This document shows positions 10,819-21,853 of a DNA stretch of 35,295 bases, one piece after another (within the stretch, counting starts at the first letter, position 1; each line of letters starts with the position of its first letter). The notes under the pieces are model-generated. The model was given only the letters and a program-made list of their open reading frames with translations. It did not search any database and was not told the DNA's origin. Made by a program: the position numbers and the translations under genes. The stretch is from Octopus bimaculoides. Taxonomy: Eukaryota. The DNA lies in contig NC_068997.1 of the NCBI RefSeq assembly GCF_001194135.2, forward strand, positions 21,888,796 through 21,924,090. Reading direction: 5' to 3'.

Positions 10819-11202
10819 GTTGTTGGCACTCTGTCGCTTACGACGTCGAGGGTTCCAGTTGATCCGATCAGCGGAACAGCCTGCTCGTGAAATTAACGTG
10901 CAAGTGGCTGAGCACTCCACAGACACGTGTACCCTTAACGTAGTTTTCGGGGATATTCAGCGTGACACAGTGTAACAAGACTGGCCCGTTGAAATACATG
11001 TACAACAGAAACAGGAAGTAAGAGTGAGAGAAAGTTATGGTGAAAGAGTACAGCAGGGTTCGCCACCACCCCCTGCCGGGGCCTCGTGGAACTTTAGGTG
11101 TTTTCGCTCAATAAACACTGACAACGGCCGGTCTGGAACTCAAAACTGCGATCCTACGACCGTGAGTCTGCTACCCTAACCACTAGGCCATTGCGCCTCC
11201 AC
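10819..11202 (-). mobile_element. tRNA-derived SINE family C, full length (384 bp), with 11-bp TSD
   Basis: Minus-strand head GTGGAGGCGCAATGGCCTAGTGGTTAG (A box) and GAGTTCCAGACC (B-box-like); ends GAGTGCCAACAAC. CATGTTGGATT is duplicated at 10808-10818 and 11203-11213. Confidence 0.92.
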
Positions 11203-11901
11203 CATGTTGGATTATATCGTTTTCTTTCACACAAAAGATCTAATGCAGTACGGTGTGAAAATAAAATGAAAATGCACGTAGAATATACATTTACATAGCT
11301 GAAATCTTTTCCAGTGGAATATTTTCTCTGAAAATATAGTAATAAACCAATAAAAAAATACTTAATTAGGTAATACCTAAAAAACCTCTGACTACTCAGC
11401 GCTCTGCATGATCATTTTTTTGCTAAATTTGACTATATTTTCCATTTTTGTAATACAAAAGAATATATTGTATGGAAAATGGTTTTCTCATGATTTTTAT
11501 ATTGTAAAGTCTATTACATATAGATAACTGTAACTTAGAATACATGTAAATTCCTATATTTTAACTCAATTTAATATTGTTTTCTGTGTATTTACATAAT
11601 ATAAACTTATCATCCGTCATTTTTGACAATATAGACACACTAATTTTAGAAATAATTTTAGATATATTTCACACTCGGTTATCGTTGTAGCTGTCACTGT
11701 TTTTTTCTTTGCTGTTTGTAATGGCCAAGGTGTATTTTTAACGCTACATATCTATAACTAGTTTTGTCTATGTTGCAGTTATGACACTTTATTCGCGTTA
11801 TTGCTCAAAACTGCAAAGTGAGGTCTCTTAAATAGATTCTACTGTTCATTTGCATACAGTGTGTGTGTATTTGTGTGAGAAATGCATAGAGAGTGCGACA
11901 C

Positions 11902-11947
<46 letters not shown>

Positions 11948-11975
11948 NNNNNNNNNNGCATAGAGAGTGCGACAC

Positions 11976-12028
<53 letters not shown>

Positions 12029-13124
12029 TACACACACACACACACACATAATATCTATAAAATTGAAGTTTTCTCTCTGTGCGAGTGTGTACAAAAGCAT
12101 AAGGTACCTCAATACTTCTACATCTTGCATCCGATTTCTTTAAAATTTATACACAGCTGCTTCATATCCCAGACTTGGACATAGGCTACTTAGATTATTA
12201 AAAAAAACAATCGATATTCGAGTCTCTAGAGCGATGAGAAACCAACAATAGATGATCCCTATACATTTGCATTAATCCGCTGTTTTAAAATCTGTAGGGT
12301 CTTCCATACGTCTTTAATCTTTTCATAAACGTTAAAGGATTTTGTCTATTTATTTCCATTGTCCACTAGCGATAGTGATTAAATTGACTGGGAACACTGA
12401 ACGCATACATTTCCACAATTCTCAACCGATTTTCACCAAACTTTATACATTACTTATGTCCCAGGGATGGTCATGCAATAAATATTTTGCTCAGAGCTCC
12501 CGCGTAAATGGACCTAAATGGACATAGTTTTTTTGTATGTTGGGGATCTCAATTTTTAAATCTTTTCATAAAAGTGGGAGGATTTTGTCTATTAATTTAT
12601 TTCGACTGTCTACCTTGACTAGAAACACTGTACGCGATGAATATCCAATACCAAACAATCTTAATCTCCATATTTAAACTGAATTAAACTTTGGCAAGTT
12701 TACCTTTACCTATTTTGAGTTACTTGAAAGGTAAGCTTCTCTTCCCTCTCTTCTATTTGTTGATACCTTTGTTTACCTACCAATGCGCTGTTTCCCTTCA
12801 AGTATGCTTATTTACACATCCATTATGATATTTCGACTGTTGCCCATTGTTTCAGATATGTTTTATCATTGTCATTCTAGCCATTTTTAAATAATCACAT
12901 ATGATTCGTCCCAAAGAATCAACATTTAAATAAGTGTTTTGCTTCCACTAGCGAAAGTTATACCTATCTTTCAGGAAGCCCTATACCAATTAAACTTTAT
13001 GTAGCATTCGCTGTTAGTTTATGCGCAGGCTATGTAGGAAGACAGAATAAAAGGGCTTCTGTTAGCTTATCTCTCCGAAAAAAATAGTTCCCTTTCCTGT
13101 AGAAAAAATAAACCTACAGAGGGC

Positions 13125-13267
13125 ACCACCTTCAAAAAGCTTTAGTCGAATGAATTGACCCCAGTACTTGTATTTTTAATCGTTTTTTTTGCTAATCCTA
13201 GTACTTATTCTATCGGGTGCCTTTACAGGAACGCGAAATTATGTCGGGGACAGACACAGATACAAAG

Positions 13268-13301
<34 letters not shown>

Positions 13302-13463
13302 TGGGCTTCTTTCAGTTTCTGTCTACCAAATTCACTCACAAGATTTTGGTCGACCAGAGACTAAAAGAAGACACGTGCCCAAACTGCCATGCAGTGGGAC
13401 TGAACGCGGACCCATGTAGTTAGGAAGCAAGCTTCTTACCACCACACAACCACGCTCGCGCCA
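13125..13463 (-). mobile_element. SINE family B, near full length
   Basis: CATGCAGTGGGACTGAACGCGG..AAGCAAGCTTCTTACCAC (head, reverse complement), internal (CA)n, CCTAGTACTTATTCTATCGG, TTTAGTCGAATGAATTGACCCCAG. Confidence 0.9.
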
Positions 13464-13841
13464 TATCTNNNNNNNNNNTTATGATTTCTTTCGATGAACA
13501 ATTATGCAGAGTTCGCCACGTCAAGTTTGGTATCTTGCACTTTACTATATATTTTTCATGCAAAAGTTTCTCATAGTATATTTTCGTTTTCGTCTGTCCT
13601 TTTTCTTTCTGAAAAGATAATAGTAAAAAAAAAAACAAGAAAAACAAGAACAAATAAATATGAATAAATATATATAAATATCAAGCGAAAATGTAACAAT
13701 ACTCAACAGTGAATACATCTCAACACACCGTTCGGAAGAAAGTATTCCAAATCTTCTTTGAATGTCATTTTTATGGTTTCTTTCATGAAAGCATTGCCAG
13801 GCATATAAACATGATTTACGTACATTGTTCTTCTGACGAAG

Positions 13842-13882
<41 letters not shown>

Positions 13883-14158
13883 TTTATTAGCATGATCACA
13901 CACACAGTCACACATTTACTAGCATGATCTCACGCACACATATATATATGTACACTTACATAAATCTACATAGATATGCGCTTTAGTTCTTTAGTTTGTT
14001 GTAGCTATCACAGCTTCCATTTCAGTCATCGCGGTTTTTATTCGTCGCCATGGTAGCAATATATATAAAATATTCGCTATTCTTTAATTCTGTTTCACTT
14101 TCAAGCTATTGCCCATTCTCTTGGCGCATTCTGCGCAGTCAACTTCAGTCATGCTCGA

Positions 14159-14159
<1 letters not shown>

Positions 14160-14223
<64 letters not shown>

Positions 14224-14242
14224 CTTTATTATTATCATCATC
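14160..14242. repeat. (TTA)n/(TCA)n microsatellite
   Basis: Direct reading; source of the poly-Y ORF. Confidence 0.97.
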
Positions 14243-14244
14243 AT

Positions 14245-14440
14245 TGGATTGGCAGATTCGTTAGCACGCCGAGCAAAATGCTTCGCGGGGTTTCGTTTGT
14301 CTTTGCATTCTGAGTTCAAATTCCACTGATATCAGCTTGGATTTTCATCCCTTAGTTTGCGATAAAGTACCAGGGAAGTGGTAGCTCAATGGCCTCGACT
14401 AACGCGCTTCTCCTAACACTGCCGTCAAAATCAAAAGAAT
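14245..14440 (+). mobile_element. SINE family A
   Basis: TGGCAGATTCGTTAGCACGCCGAGCAAAATGCTT..CTGAGTTCAAATTCC..TTTTCATCC..GATAAAGTACCAG. Confidence 0.85.
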
Positions 14441-14644
14441 GAACATCGCTGATTCAAAAAAAAAAAAATGATCCGCTGAAATTTCTCACGAATAACATTA
14501 CCTACGTGCCCGCTGTGTGTGTTCAGGGTAGAGCTGGAAAGTACATGCGGTAGCTTATATACTACATTGATCGAAATGTGACTACAGCCAGCGTTCATGT
14601 GGCCTTCAAGGTGTCGAATCAGGAAAGGAGGCAATCAAAGTTGT

Positions 14645-14775
14645 CTGCACCACGGTCGATTTCGTTGGTCTTCCATCCTTTCGTTGTCGATGAAAGAAGC
14701 AGCAGTTGAGCATTAACCAACTCAACTCCTCGCAAAATTTCAGTCTCGCGCCTATTGTAGAAAGTGTTATTGTTT
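14645..14775 (+). mobile_element. SINE family A, 3' half
   Basis: CACGGTCGATTT..TTCCATCCTTTCGTTGTCGATGAAAGAAGCAGCAGTTGAGCA..GCCTATTGTAGAAAGTGTTATT. Confidence 0.7.
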
Positions 14776-15447
14776 TTATTTTTGTTGTTACTATTTTCTT
14801 AACATCAACTATTTATATTTTCTCTGCTTCTGTTCAACTAGAAAGCAACCACAAAAACAACATGTATGGAATAGAAAGAGAACAAAACACATAAAAACAA
14901 ACAACGTGGTATTTTTATTCTTTATCATGTGTGTCTTTCTATATTTTCTTTAATTTCTAACTCCCTATGTTATATCAACCCTGTTTCTTTTGTGTGCGTG
15001 TGCCTGCGTGTGTGTATGTTCCTTGCTTTACTTTATTGCACAAGAATTTTTCGGTAGAGTTGGAGGCGTGTGAAGAATGGATCGGCCTTCTCTTTACTGT
15101 CGGTTCTTAGAAGACAGTCTTCTAAAAAACATTCCATGCTGCTTGATGTTTTGGAGCCAGTCGTTCATCTTATATAGTCTGATTTATTTCCGGTCCTTAC
15201 TTTGGATAAAAGTATGTTCTGTTAGAAGATTATATATTGTCGAAATAGATTTCTGCAGATCAGTTACTGGAGCGACATTTACATGATATGAAATGGTATA
15301 ACTAATTAGATCCCTCTCAGTGTATAACTGGTATTTATTGACCCGCAAGAAAAAGTAACAAAAAGTCACTCAAATCTCACCCTATCATCTTAAACAGAAA
15401 AACAAAAGCTATTGGATAATGTATATTCTTTTATTCTTCGTTTTTTT

Positions 15448-15600
15448 TTTTCAATTTCCGTCGAGAAAATCTACTCACAAGGCTTTACTCGACCCGAGAC
15501 TATAGCAGAAGACACTTGCCCAACATGCCACGCAGTGGGACTGAACCCAGAATCATGTGGTTGGGAAGCAAGCTTCTTACCACACAGACAAGCCTGTGTC
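15448..15600 (-). mobile_element. SINE family B, 5' half, well conserved
   Basis: Reverse complement: GTGTGGTAAGAAGCTTGCTTCCCAACCACATGATTCTGGGTTCAGTCCCACTGCGTGGCATGTTGGGCAAGTGTCTTC, a tRNA head plus a CORE-like TTGGGCAAGT motif. Confidence 0.92.
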
Positions 15601-15743
15601 CACATTTATACATGTCCAAGTATTTAGTACGAAAACGGATGTGCCGATGACTCCTACAAAGGCAGAAAGACGTGTCCATACACACTCACACGCATATATG
15701 TATGTATACATCTATATCTATGTATCTGTCATCTTCCCTTTCC

Positions 15744-15823
<80 letters not shown>

Positions 15824-15958
15824 TTTTCACCATTAACTCTGATCCAGGGTTAAACCACAGATAAGCTGAAAGTTTTGAATTTAGTCACAAAGCCAACAGT
15901 TTCTGATGGAAATGGTTCAATTGAAATACGTACTTCAGTTCCAGTACTTGATTCATAC

Positions 15959-16052
15959 CTCCTTTCATGAAGTCCAGAGAAATAAGAGTTGACGTAGGCG
16001 TGATTTGAAATCAGAGCATAAAGAGCCGGACCATATGTTGCAGATATCATAA
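15959..16052 (-). other. Candidate internal exon, 94 nt (xMISATYGPALYALISNHAYVNSYFSGLHER), unverified
   Basis: Pyrimidine-rich acceptor CCCCTTCTTGCTTCTATATTGTATTGTTGTAG; donor GTATGA, or GTACGT with exon end at 15934. Lies in one of the few ORFs of normal complexity (15850-16077). Confidence 0.28.
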
Positions 16053-16224
16053 CTACAACAATACAATATAGAAGCAAGAAGGGGACCTTAGACTAAAGAT
16101 GTGCCATAATTGAATCTTAAAATGTATTTAATCTCTACACTTACGCTTTCACTTTCGTGGTTCTATCAGCCAATCAGAGAGGGCGTAGTCATCCGAAATG
16201 TTAGAAACAGCATCTAAATATCCC

Positions 16225-16531
16225 AGCAGACATGTCTGTGTGGTTAAGAGTCTTGCTTTTTAACCACGTTGTCTCGGGCTCATCGCTACTCCGCTGCACC
16301 TTGAATATCTTCTAATATAGCCTTTAGCCGACCAATGCCTTGTGACTGAATTTGGCGTACGGAAATTGTGTGGAATCTCACCGTGCGTATATGTGTGTAT
16401 ACATTTGTGTTTGTAAGTGTGAAGGTTCCTTTGTAACTGTGTTTGTCCTCCCTTTTCAACCACTTGACAACCACCGTTGATTTCTTTACGTACCCGTAAA
16501 TTAGCGGATGGTAAAAGTAAACCGATAGAAC
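16225..16531 (+). mobile_element. SINE family B, degenerate
   Basis: CTGTGTGGTTAAGAGTCTTGCTT..GCCGACCAATGCCTTGTGA..GGAAATTG..CACTTGACAACC..TTAGCGG..AACCGATAGAA. Confidence 0.82.
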
Positions 16532-16601
16532 CTGCAGCAGATTTATATGTGTATGTATGTATGCATATATGTTTGTATTAAATTTGTAACTACCTACCTA
16601 T

Positions 16602-16634
<33 letters not shown>

Positions 16635-16753
16635 TATANNNNNNNNNNNNNNNNNNNNNNNNNNNNNNNNNNNNNNNNNNNNNNNNNNNNNNNNNNNNNN
16701 NNNNNNNNNNNNNNNNNNNNNNNNNNNNNNNNNNNNNNNNNNNNNNNNNNNNN

Positions 16754-16796
<43 letters not shown>

Positions 16797-17162
16797 AAAA
16801 TGTTATAAGGAAGTAGTGTGACATACCTTGTTGCATACATTAATTAAATAAACAAATAAACTGAATTGCCCGAATTGTTTAGGTTATTGATAGAAAATAA
16901 ATGACGAAAAACAACACAAACAATTAAAAAAGTCAACAATATTATTTTTAAAAAAACAGGGAGACAATAAAAATAATACCAAAAGCAACAAAAATATCGA
17001 AATAAAAAAGAAATATGTATAAAGAAAATATAATAAATGACATCCATTTCCCCAGACCAGGCAAAGAAACAAACGATTCAATATATAAATCTCGAATCAT
17101 TTTATAGCCGTCTGCATATTACAATGTCTCCGCGGTGATGGCGTGTAGATGGAAAAGCGTTA

Positions 17163-17213
17163 GGTTGGTTGGTTTGTTTGCTGGATGGTTGGTTGGTTGG
17201 TTGGTTGGTTGGT
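17163..17213. repeat. (GGTT)n microsatellite
   Basis: Direct reading. Confidence 0.85.
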
Positions 17214-17463
17214 TTGAGCCGAACAAACAGATAAATCGTTGCATTGCTTTTTCGTTCACACAATGAGTGTTTCTAAATTATAGGTTATATAGTTAAATGT
17301 TTAAAGATGAAGAGAAGAAAGAGAATCTGATGAAGTGATATCGTCTGATGCGACATAACGTGAATCTTATAATTGTTCTCAACAAAATGCCTTCTGTTTC
17401 TTTTGCGGGAACAATACACATGCGTACAGTAAAACACACACACTCACACACACAAACACATGA

Positions 17464-17507
<44 letters not shown>

Positions 17508-17872
17508 NNNNNNNNNNNNNNNNNNNNNNNNNNNNNNNNNNNNNNNNNNNNNNNNNNNNNNNNNNNNNNNNNNNNNNNNNNNNNNNNNNNNNNNNNNNNN
17601 NNNNNNNNNNNNNNNNNNNNNNNNNNNNNNNNNNNNNNNNNNNNNNNNNNNNNNNNNNNNNNNNNNNNNNNNNNNNNNNNNNNNNNNNNNNNNNNNNNNN
17701 NNNNNNNNNNNNNNNNNNNNNNNNNNNNNNNNNNNNNNNNNNNNNNNNNNNNNNNNNNNNNNNNNNNNNNNNNNNNNNNNNNNNNNNNNNNNNNNNNNNN
17801 NNNNNNNNNNNNNNNNNNNNNNNNNNNNNNNNNNNNNNNNNNNNNNNNNNNNNNNNNNNNNNNNNNNNNNNN

Positions 17873-17905
<33 letters not shown>

Positions 17906-17911
17906 GATATA

Positions 17912-17947
<36 letters not shown>

Positions 17948-17953
17948 TGTATG

Positions 17954-17986
<33 letters not shown>

Positions 17987-18229
17987 GGACTTTTTGCTTG
18001 TATAAGTGTGTCTGATTGCGTGAGTGTGTGCTTGTGCGTATTTCTACCGCTTGTATTACTTTATGAAACAAACCTAAGTTAAGAGATTCGGAAGCATTAA
18101 AGAACCACAAATGACCGATAAGAAATTGAAATAAGTATTTAAAGTGGAAAAAATAAATTAATCATGAAAACACTACTACTACAACTTCTGCTAGTACAAT
18201 TATTATTATTATTACTATTGGTACTACTC

Positions 18230-18436
18230 TTGGTTAGCTGGCAAAATCGTTAGCAGGCCCGGCGAAATGCTTAGCATTATTTCGTCCGTCTTTACGTTTG
18301 AGTTCAAATTCCGCCGGTGTCGACTTTACCTTTCATCCTTTCGGGGTCGATAAATTAAGTAACACTGGCGTCGATGTAATCGACTAGTTCCCTCCTCCAA
18401 AATTCCAGTTTTTGTGCCTTTAGTAGAAAGGATTAT
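18230..18436 (+). mobile_element. SINE family A, copy 1 of tandem array
   Basis: AGCTGGCAAAATCGTTAGC..GAGTTCAAATTCCGCC..CCTTTCATCCTTTCGGGGTCGATAAATTAAGT..GTGCCTTTAGTAGAAAGGATTAT. Confidence 0.93.
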
Positions 18437-18445
18437 GAATATTTC

Positions 18446-18688
18446 TAAGGCGGTGAGCTGGCGGCAGAATCGTTAGCATGCTTGAAAGAATGCTTAGAGG
18501 TATTTCGCCCGTCGCTACGTTCCAAGTTCAAATTCCGACGTGGTCCACTTTACCTTTTATCCTTTCAGGTCGATAAATTGAGCGTCAGTCGAGTATTGGG
18601 GGTAGATGTAATCGACTTTATCTCTCCCACCAAATTTCAGGCCTTGTGCTTATAGTAGAAAGGACCATTTTTTTTCTTATTATTATTC
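18446..18688 (+). mobile_element. SINE family A, copy 2 of tandem array
   Basis: AAGGCGGTGAGCTGGCGGCAGAATCGTTAGC..AAGTTCAAATTCC..GGCCTTGTGCTTATAGTAGAAAGG..TTATTATTATT. Confidence 0.93.
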
Positions 18689-18689
18689 G

Positions 18690-18754
18690 TAAGGTGACGA
18701 GTTGGCAGAATCGTTAGCAGACCGAGCGAAATGCTTAGCGTCATTTCTTCCGTT
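18690..18754 (+). mobile_element. SINE family A, copy 3 of tandem array, runs into an N gap
   Basis: AAGGTGACGAGTTGGCAGAATCGTTAGCAGACCGAGCGAAATGCTTAGCG. Confidence 0.9.
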
Positions 18755-19425
18755 NNNNNNNNNNNNNNNNNNNNNNNNNNNNNNNNNNNNNNNNNNNNNN
18801 NNNNNNNNNNNNNNNNNNNNNNNNNNNNNNNNNNNNNNNNNNNNNNNNNNNNNNNNNNNNNNNNNNNNNNNNNNNNNNNNNNNNNNNNNNNNNNNNNNNN
18901 NNNNNNNNNNNNNNNNNNNNNNNNNNNNNNNNNNNNNNNNNNNNNNNNNNNNNNNNNNNNNNNNNNNNNNNNNNNNNNNNNNNNNNNNNNNNNNNNNNNN
19001 NNNNNNNNNNNNNNNNNNNNNNNNNNNNNNNNNNNNNNNNNNNNNNNNNNNNNNNNNNNNNNNNNNNNNNNNNNNNNNNNNNNNNNNNNNNNNNNNNNNN
19101 NNNNNNNNNNNNNNNNNNNNNNNNNNNNNNNNNNNNNNNNNNNNNNNNNNNNNNNNNNNNNNNNNNNNNNNNNNNNNNNNNNNNNNNNNNNNNNNNNNNN
19201 NNNNNNNNNNNNNNNNNNNNNNNNNNNNNNNNNNNNNNNNNNNNNNNNNNNNNNNNNNNNNNNNNNNNNNNNNNNNNNNNNNNNNNNNNNNNNNNNNNNN
19301 NNNNNNNNNNNNNNNNNNNNNNNNNNNNNNNNNNNNNNNNNNNNNNNNNNNNNNNNNNNNNNNNNNNNNNNNNNNNNNNNNNNNNNNNNNNNNNNNNNNN
19401 NNNNNNNNNNNNNNNNNNNNNNNNN

Positions 19426-19770
19426 GAATCCGAACTCTAAAACTGTTACACACATAGATACGCACAGCGTAATTTATTATATAAACAATATATGCGTATA
19501 AATTACGATTAAACCGGATGAAATATGTCACAGGGAATAACATTTTTATGACCGCCCAGCAGTAACTCCTTTGAGCTGAATAGACGTCAGTGATTGGTTG
19601 AAATTACAGAAATACGACAACTTTAACATGGAATAACTTGCGATGTACGTTTTTTTTGTTAAGAAGACTAAGAGTAAAAGATGTTTTATATGACACATTC
19701 TACCAGTGTCCCAAGTTTCAAAGTGTTTCGTTAGTGTTTCGTTAAGAAAATACTGGTGCCCCCGTTTTAA
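19426..19770 (-). mobile_element. MITE/DNA-transposon arm, same family as 21854-22159; probably extends into the preceding gap
   Basis: 19609-19770 is the reverse complement of 21862-22012 (GAAATACGACAACTTTAACATGGAATAACTT...CCCCCGTTTTAA). The boundary left of 19609 is inferred. Confidence 0.75.
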
Positions 19771-19863
19771 TTGTAAGCCGGAGGGGTTGAGGAGTGAGAT
19801 GCCTGCCTCAAGTGCAGTTGGTGGTCGTGGTGACCAGGATGTGTGTTGATCCCGGGGTAGGTA

Positions 19864-20036
19864 TGTATGTCATTATTCAGTTTTATTTCAAGATTGCTTG
19901 GCAATAGAGAAAGAGCCGGTTTCTAACCTAGGCCCCAAACTCCTTCATTGGAATTTCAACATCAACAGGATATGTATGTATATATGTATGTATTTGTGTG
20001 TGTATGTATGTATGTATGTATGTATGTATGCATGTA
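19864..20036 (+). repeat. Interspersed repeat family D ending in a (TATG)n tail
   Basis: GCAATAGAGAAAGAGCCGGTTTCTAACCT..CCTTCATTGGAATTTCAACATCAACAGGAT(ATGT)n; second copy at 31911-32048. Confidence 0.75.
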
Positions 20037-20654
20037 TTGCTCCGTTTCAGTCTTGTTAAATAGTATAAGGAAATTGACGTACAATATTGCATTTTCTTCT
20101 TTTTCCTTCTCGCGGAAAATTAACTTGAGAATTCAGTAGTTTGTAAATAAATAAATAAATAAATGAATAAATGAATAAATAGATGGATAAATATTATTAT
20201 TGTTATCATGGTTTATTCTAAAATTGTACTTAGCCTAAAGCAATGCGTTCTCATTTCTGAACTTCCTAACCTTACTACAAACATATATAACACAACGATG
20301 ACCGACAAATTAATGTCATTCACTTTAAACCAATAAGGGAGCGGTCAATATGGCGCCCTGCCTGTGGCAAGATAGATCTTATATGAGATTTTAATTAACG
20401 TCGGTTAATCACTAATTATCCTCTAATTTCCTGTTCGCTATCGGTTTCGTTTAAAGGAATAAATGACCTAGCAGAGCCACCAAATACGTTAAGGGATGAT
20501 TCTACATTATCTTGCACGCGATTTGTAAGAAATAGAAGTTAAATCTACCTCAAATTACACCCATCCGTCATGAGACAAAGGTTTACGTTAATTAAGAAAA
20601 AAAAAATATATATATATATAGATAGATAGATATTGGCAGCCAAAGAGACTTTTC

Positions 20655-20768
20655 TAATTTATCATCTTCGAAAGGATGAAATGCAAAATTTGAACTCAGA
20701 ACGTCGAGACGGGTAAAATACCGGTAAGCAGTTTGTCCAGCGTGTATACGATTCTGCCAGCTCGCTGT
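20655..20768 (-). mobile_element. SINE family A, internally deleted
   Basis: CGAAAGGATGAAATGCAAAATTTGAACTCAGAACG..TAAGCAG..ACGATTCTGCCAGCTCGC. Confidence 0.85.
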
Positions 20769-21384
20769 CTTTGCATACGCAAACAATAATAATAATGATA
20801 AAAAAAAAAATTGAAAAACAACGACTACTACCACTCCTCCTATTCCTTTTACTACATTTTAGCCTCTTCTTTATTCTTGCTTGTATCTTACTGCTTACAC
20901 TTTCGTTACTAGTACGACCTAAAGTTTATTCCTTCCTACCTTCCCCTTCTTTTTCTTCTTCTTTTACTTCTTCCTTCTCCTTCTTCTTCTTACCTCCCTA
21001 GGACTTTTTCATCCAATCTTTACAATATACACAATTATAAAGTCATAAATATATATGACTTCGCTGAGATGAAAGAAAGCAAAACGAAAAATAAATAAGT
21101 NNNNNNNNNNNNNNNNNNNNNNNNNNNNNNNNNNNNNNNNNNNNNNNNNNNNNNNNNNNNNNNNNNNNNNNNNNNNNNNNNNNNNNNNNNNNNNNNNNNN
21201 NNNNNNNNNNNNNNNNNNNNNNNNNNNNNNNNNNNNNNNNNNNNNNNNNNNNNNNNNNNNNNNNNNNNNNNNNNNNNNNNNNNNNNNNNNNNNNNNNNNN
21301 NNNNNNNNNNNNNNTGTATATAAATATATATATGTATATATATGTATATGAATTGAAAGAAAGGAAGAAAAAATGCTGTTGATT

Positions 21385-21419
<35 letters not shown>

Positions 21420-21853
21420 TTCTTTATTTGCTACCACTGCAATTAACATCAAAGGGGAAACGTTTTAATTTATAAGAAGAAATACGAGGTCAAATGAGGG
21501 TGTTTTAGTGTGAATCCGGGTCAAATTTATTTATTATTTTTATTATTATAAAGTTTCCTACTATTTCGTTTATTATCCTGTACTTGACTTTAAAAAAATA
21601 ACTATCACAAACTAGTTCACTAGTCATGTTGAACTCATTTTTGATCAATTAAGTGAAATGAACTTAAAGAAACATGCCCTCGCTGTACTATTACGACGGA
21701 ATATCTAAACTCTATACTGATATAAATAAACGTACATACAAAATTGAAACTTTCAAAGAACTAAAATAATAAGGTGCAACTAAAATTTAAGTACTGAAAA
21801 GCATTAAGTACTTATACGTTTTAAATAAAAGCGTTAGTTACTAATATATTTTA

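Noticed and set aside
11120-11202. tRNA gene call for the family C head (also the A and B heads)
   Set aside because: A and B boxes are present, but no clean cloverleaf is evident and the sequence continues into a SINE body; these are tRNA-derived SINE heads.
11883-12050. Duplicated GCATAGAGAGTGCGACACACACGC(CA)n on both sides of a 10-N gap
   Set aside because: Most simply an unmerged contig overlap at a microsatellite, i.e. an assembly artefact.
13830-13845. CTGACGAAGAAAC, hammerhead-like core
   Set aside because: No stem II and no flanking stems or cleavage triplet could be formed.
18230-18754. CRISPR-like repeat array
   Set aside because: Units are ~220-bp diverged SINEs with no unique spacers and no cas genes, in a eukaryotic context.
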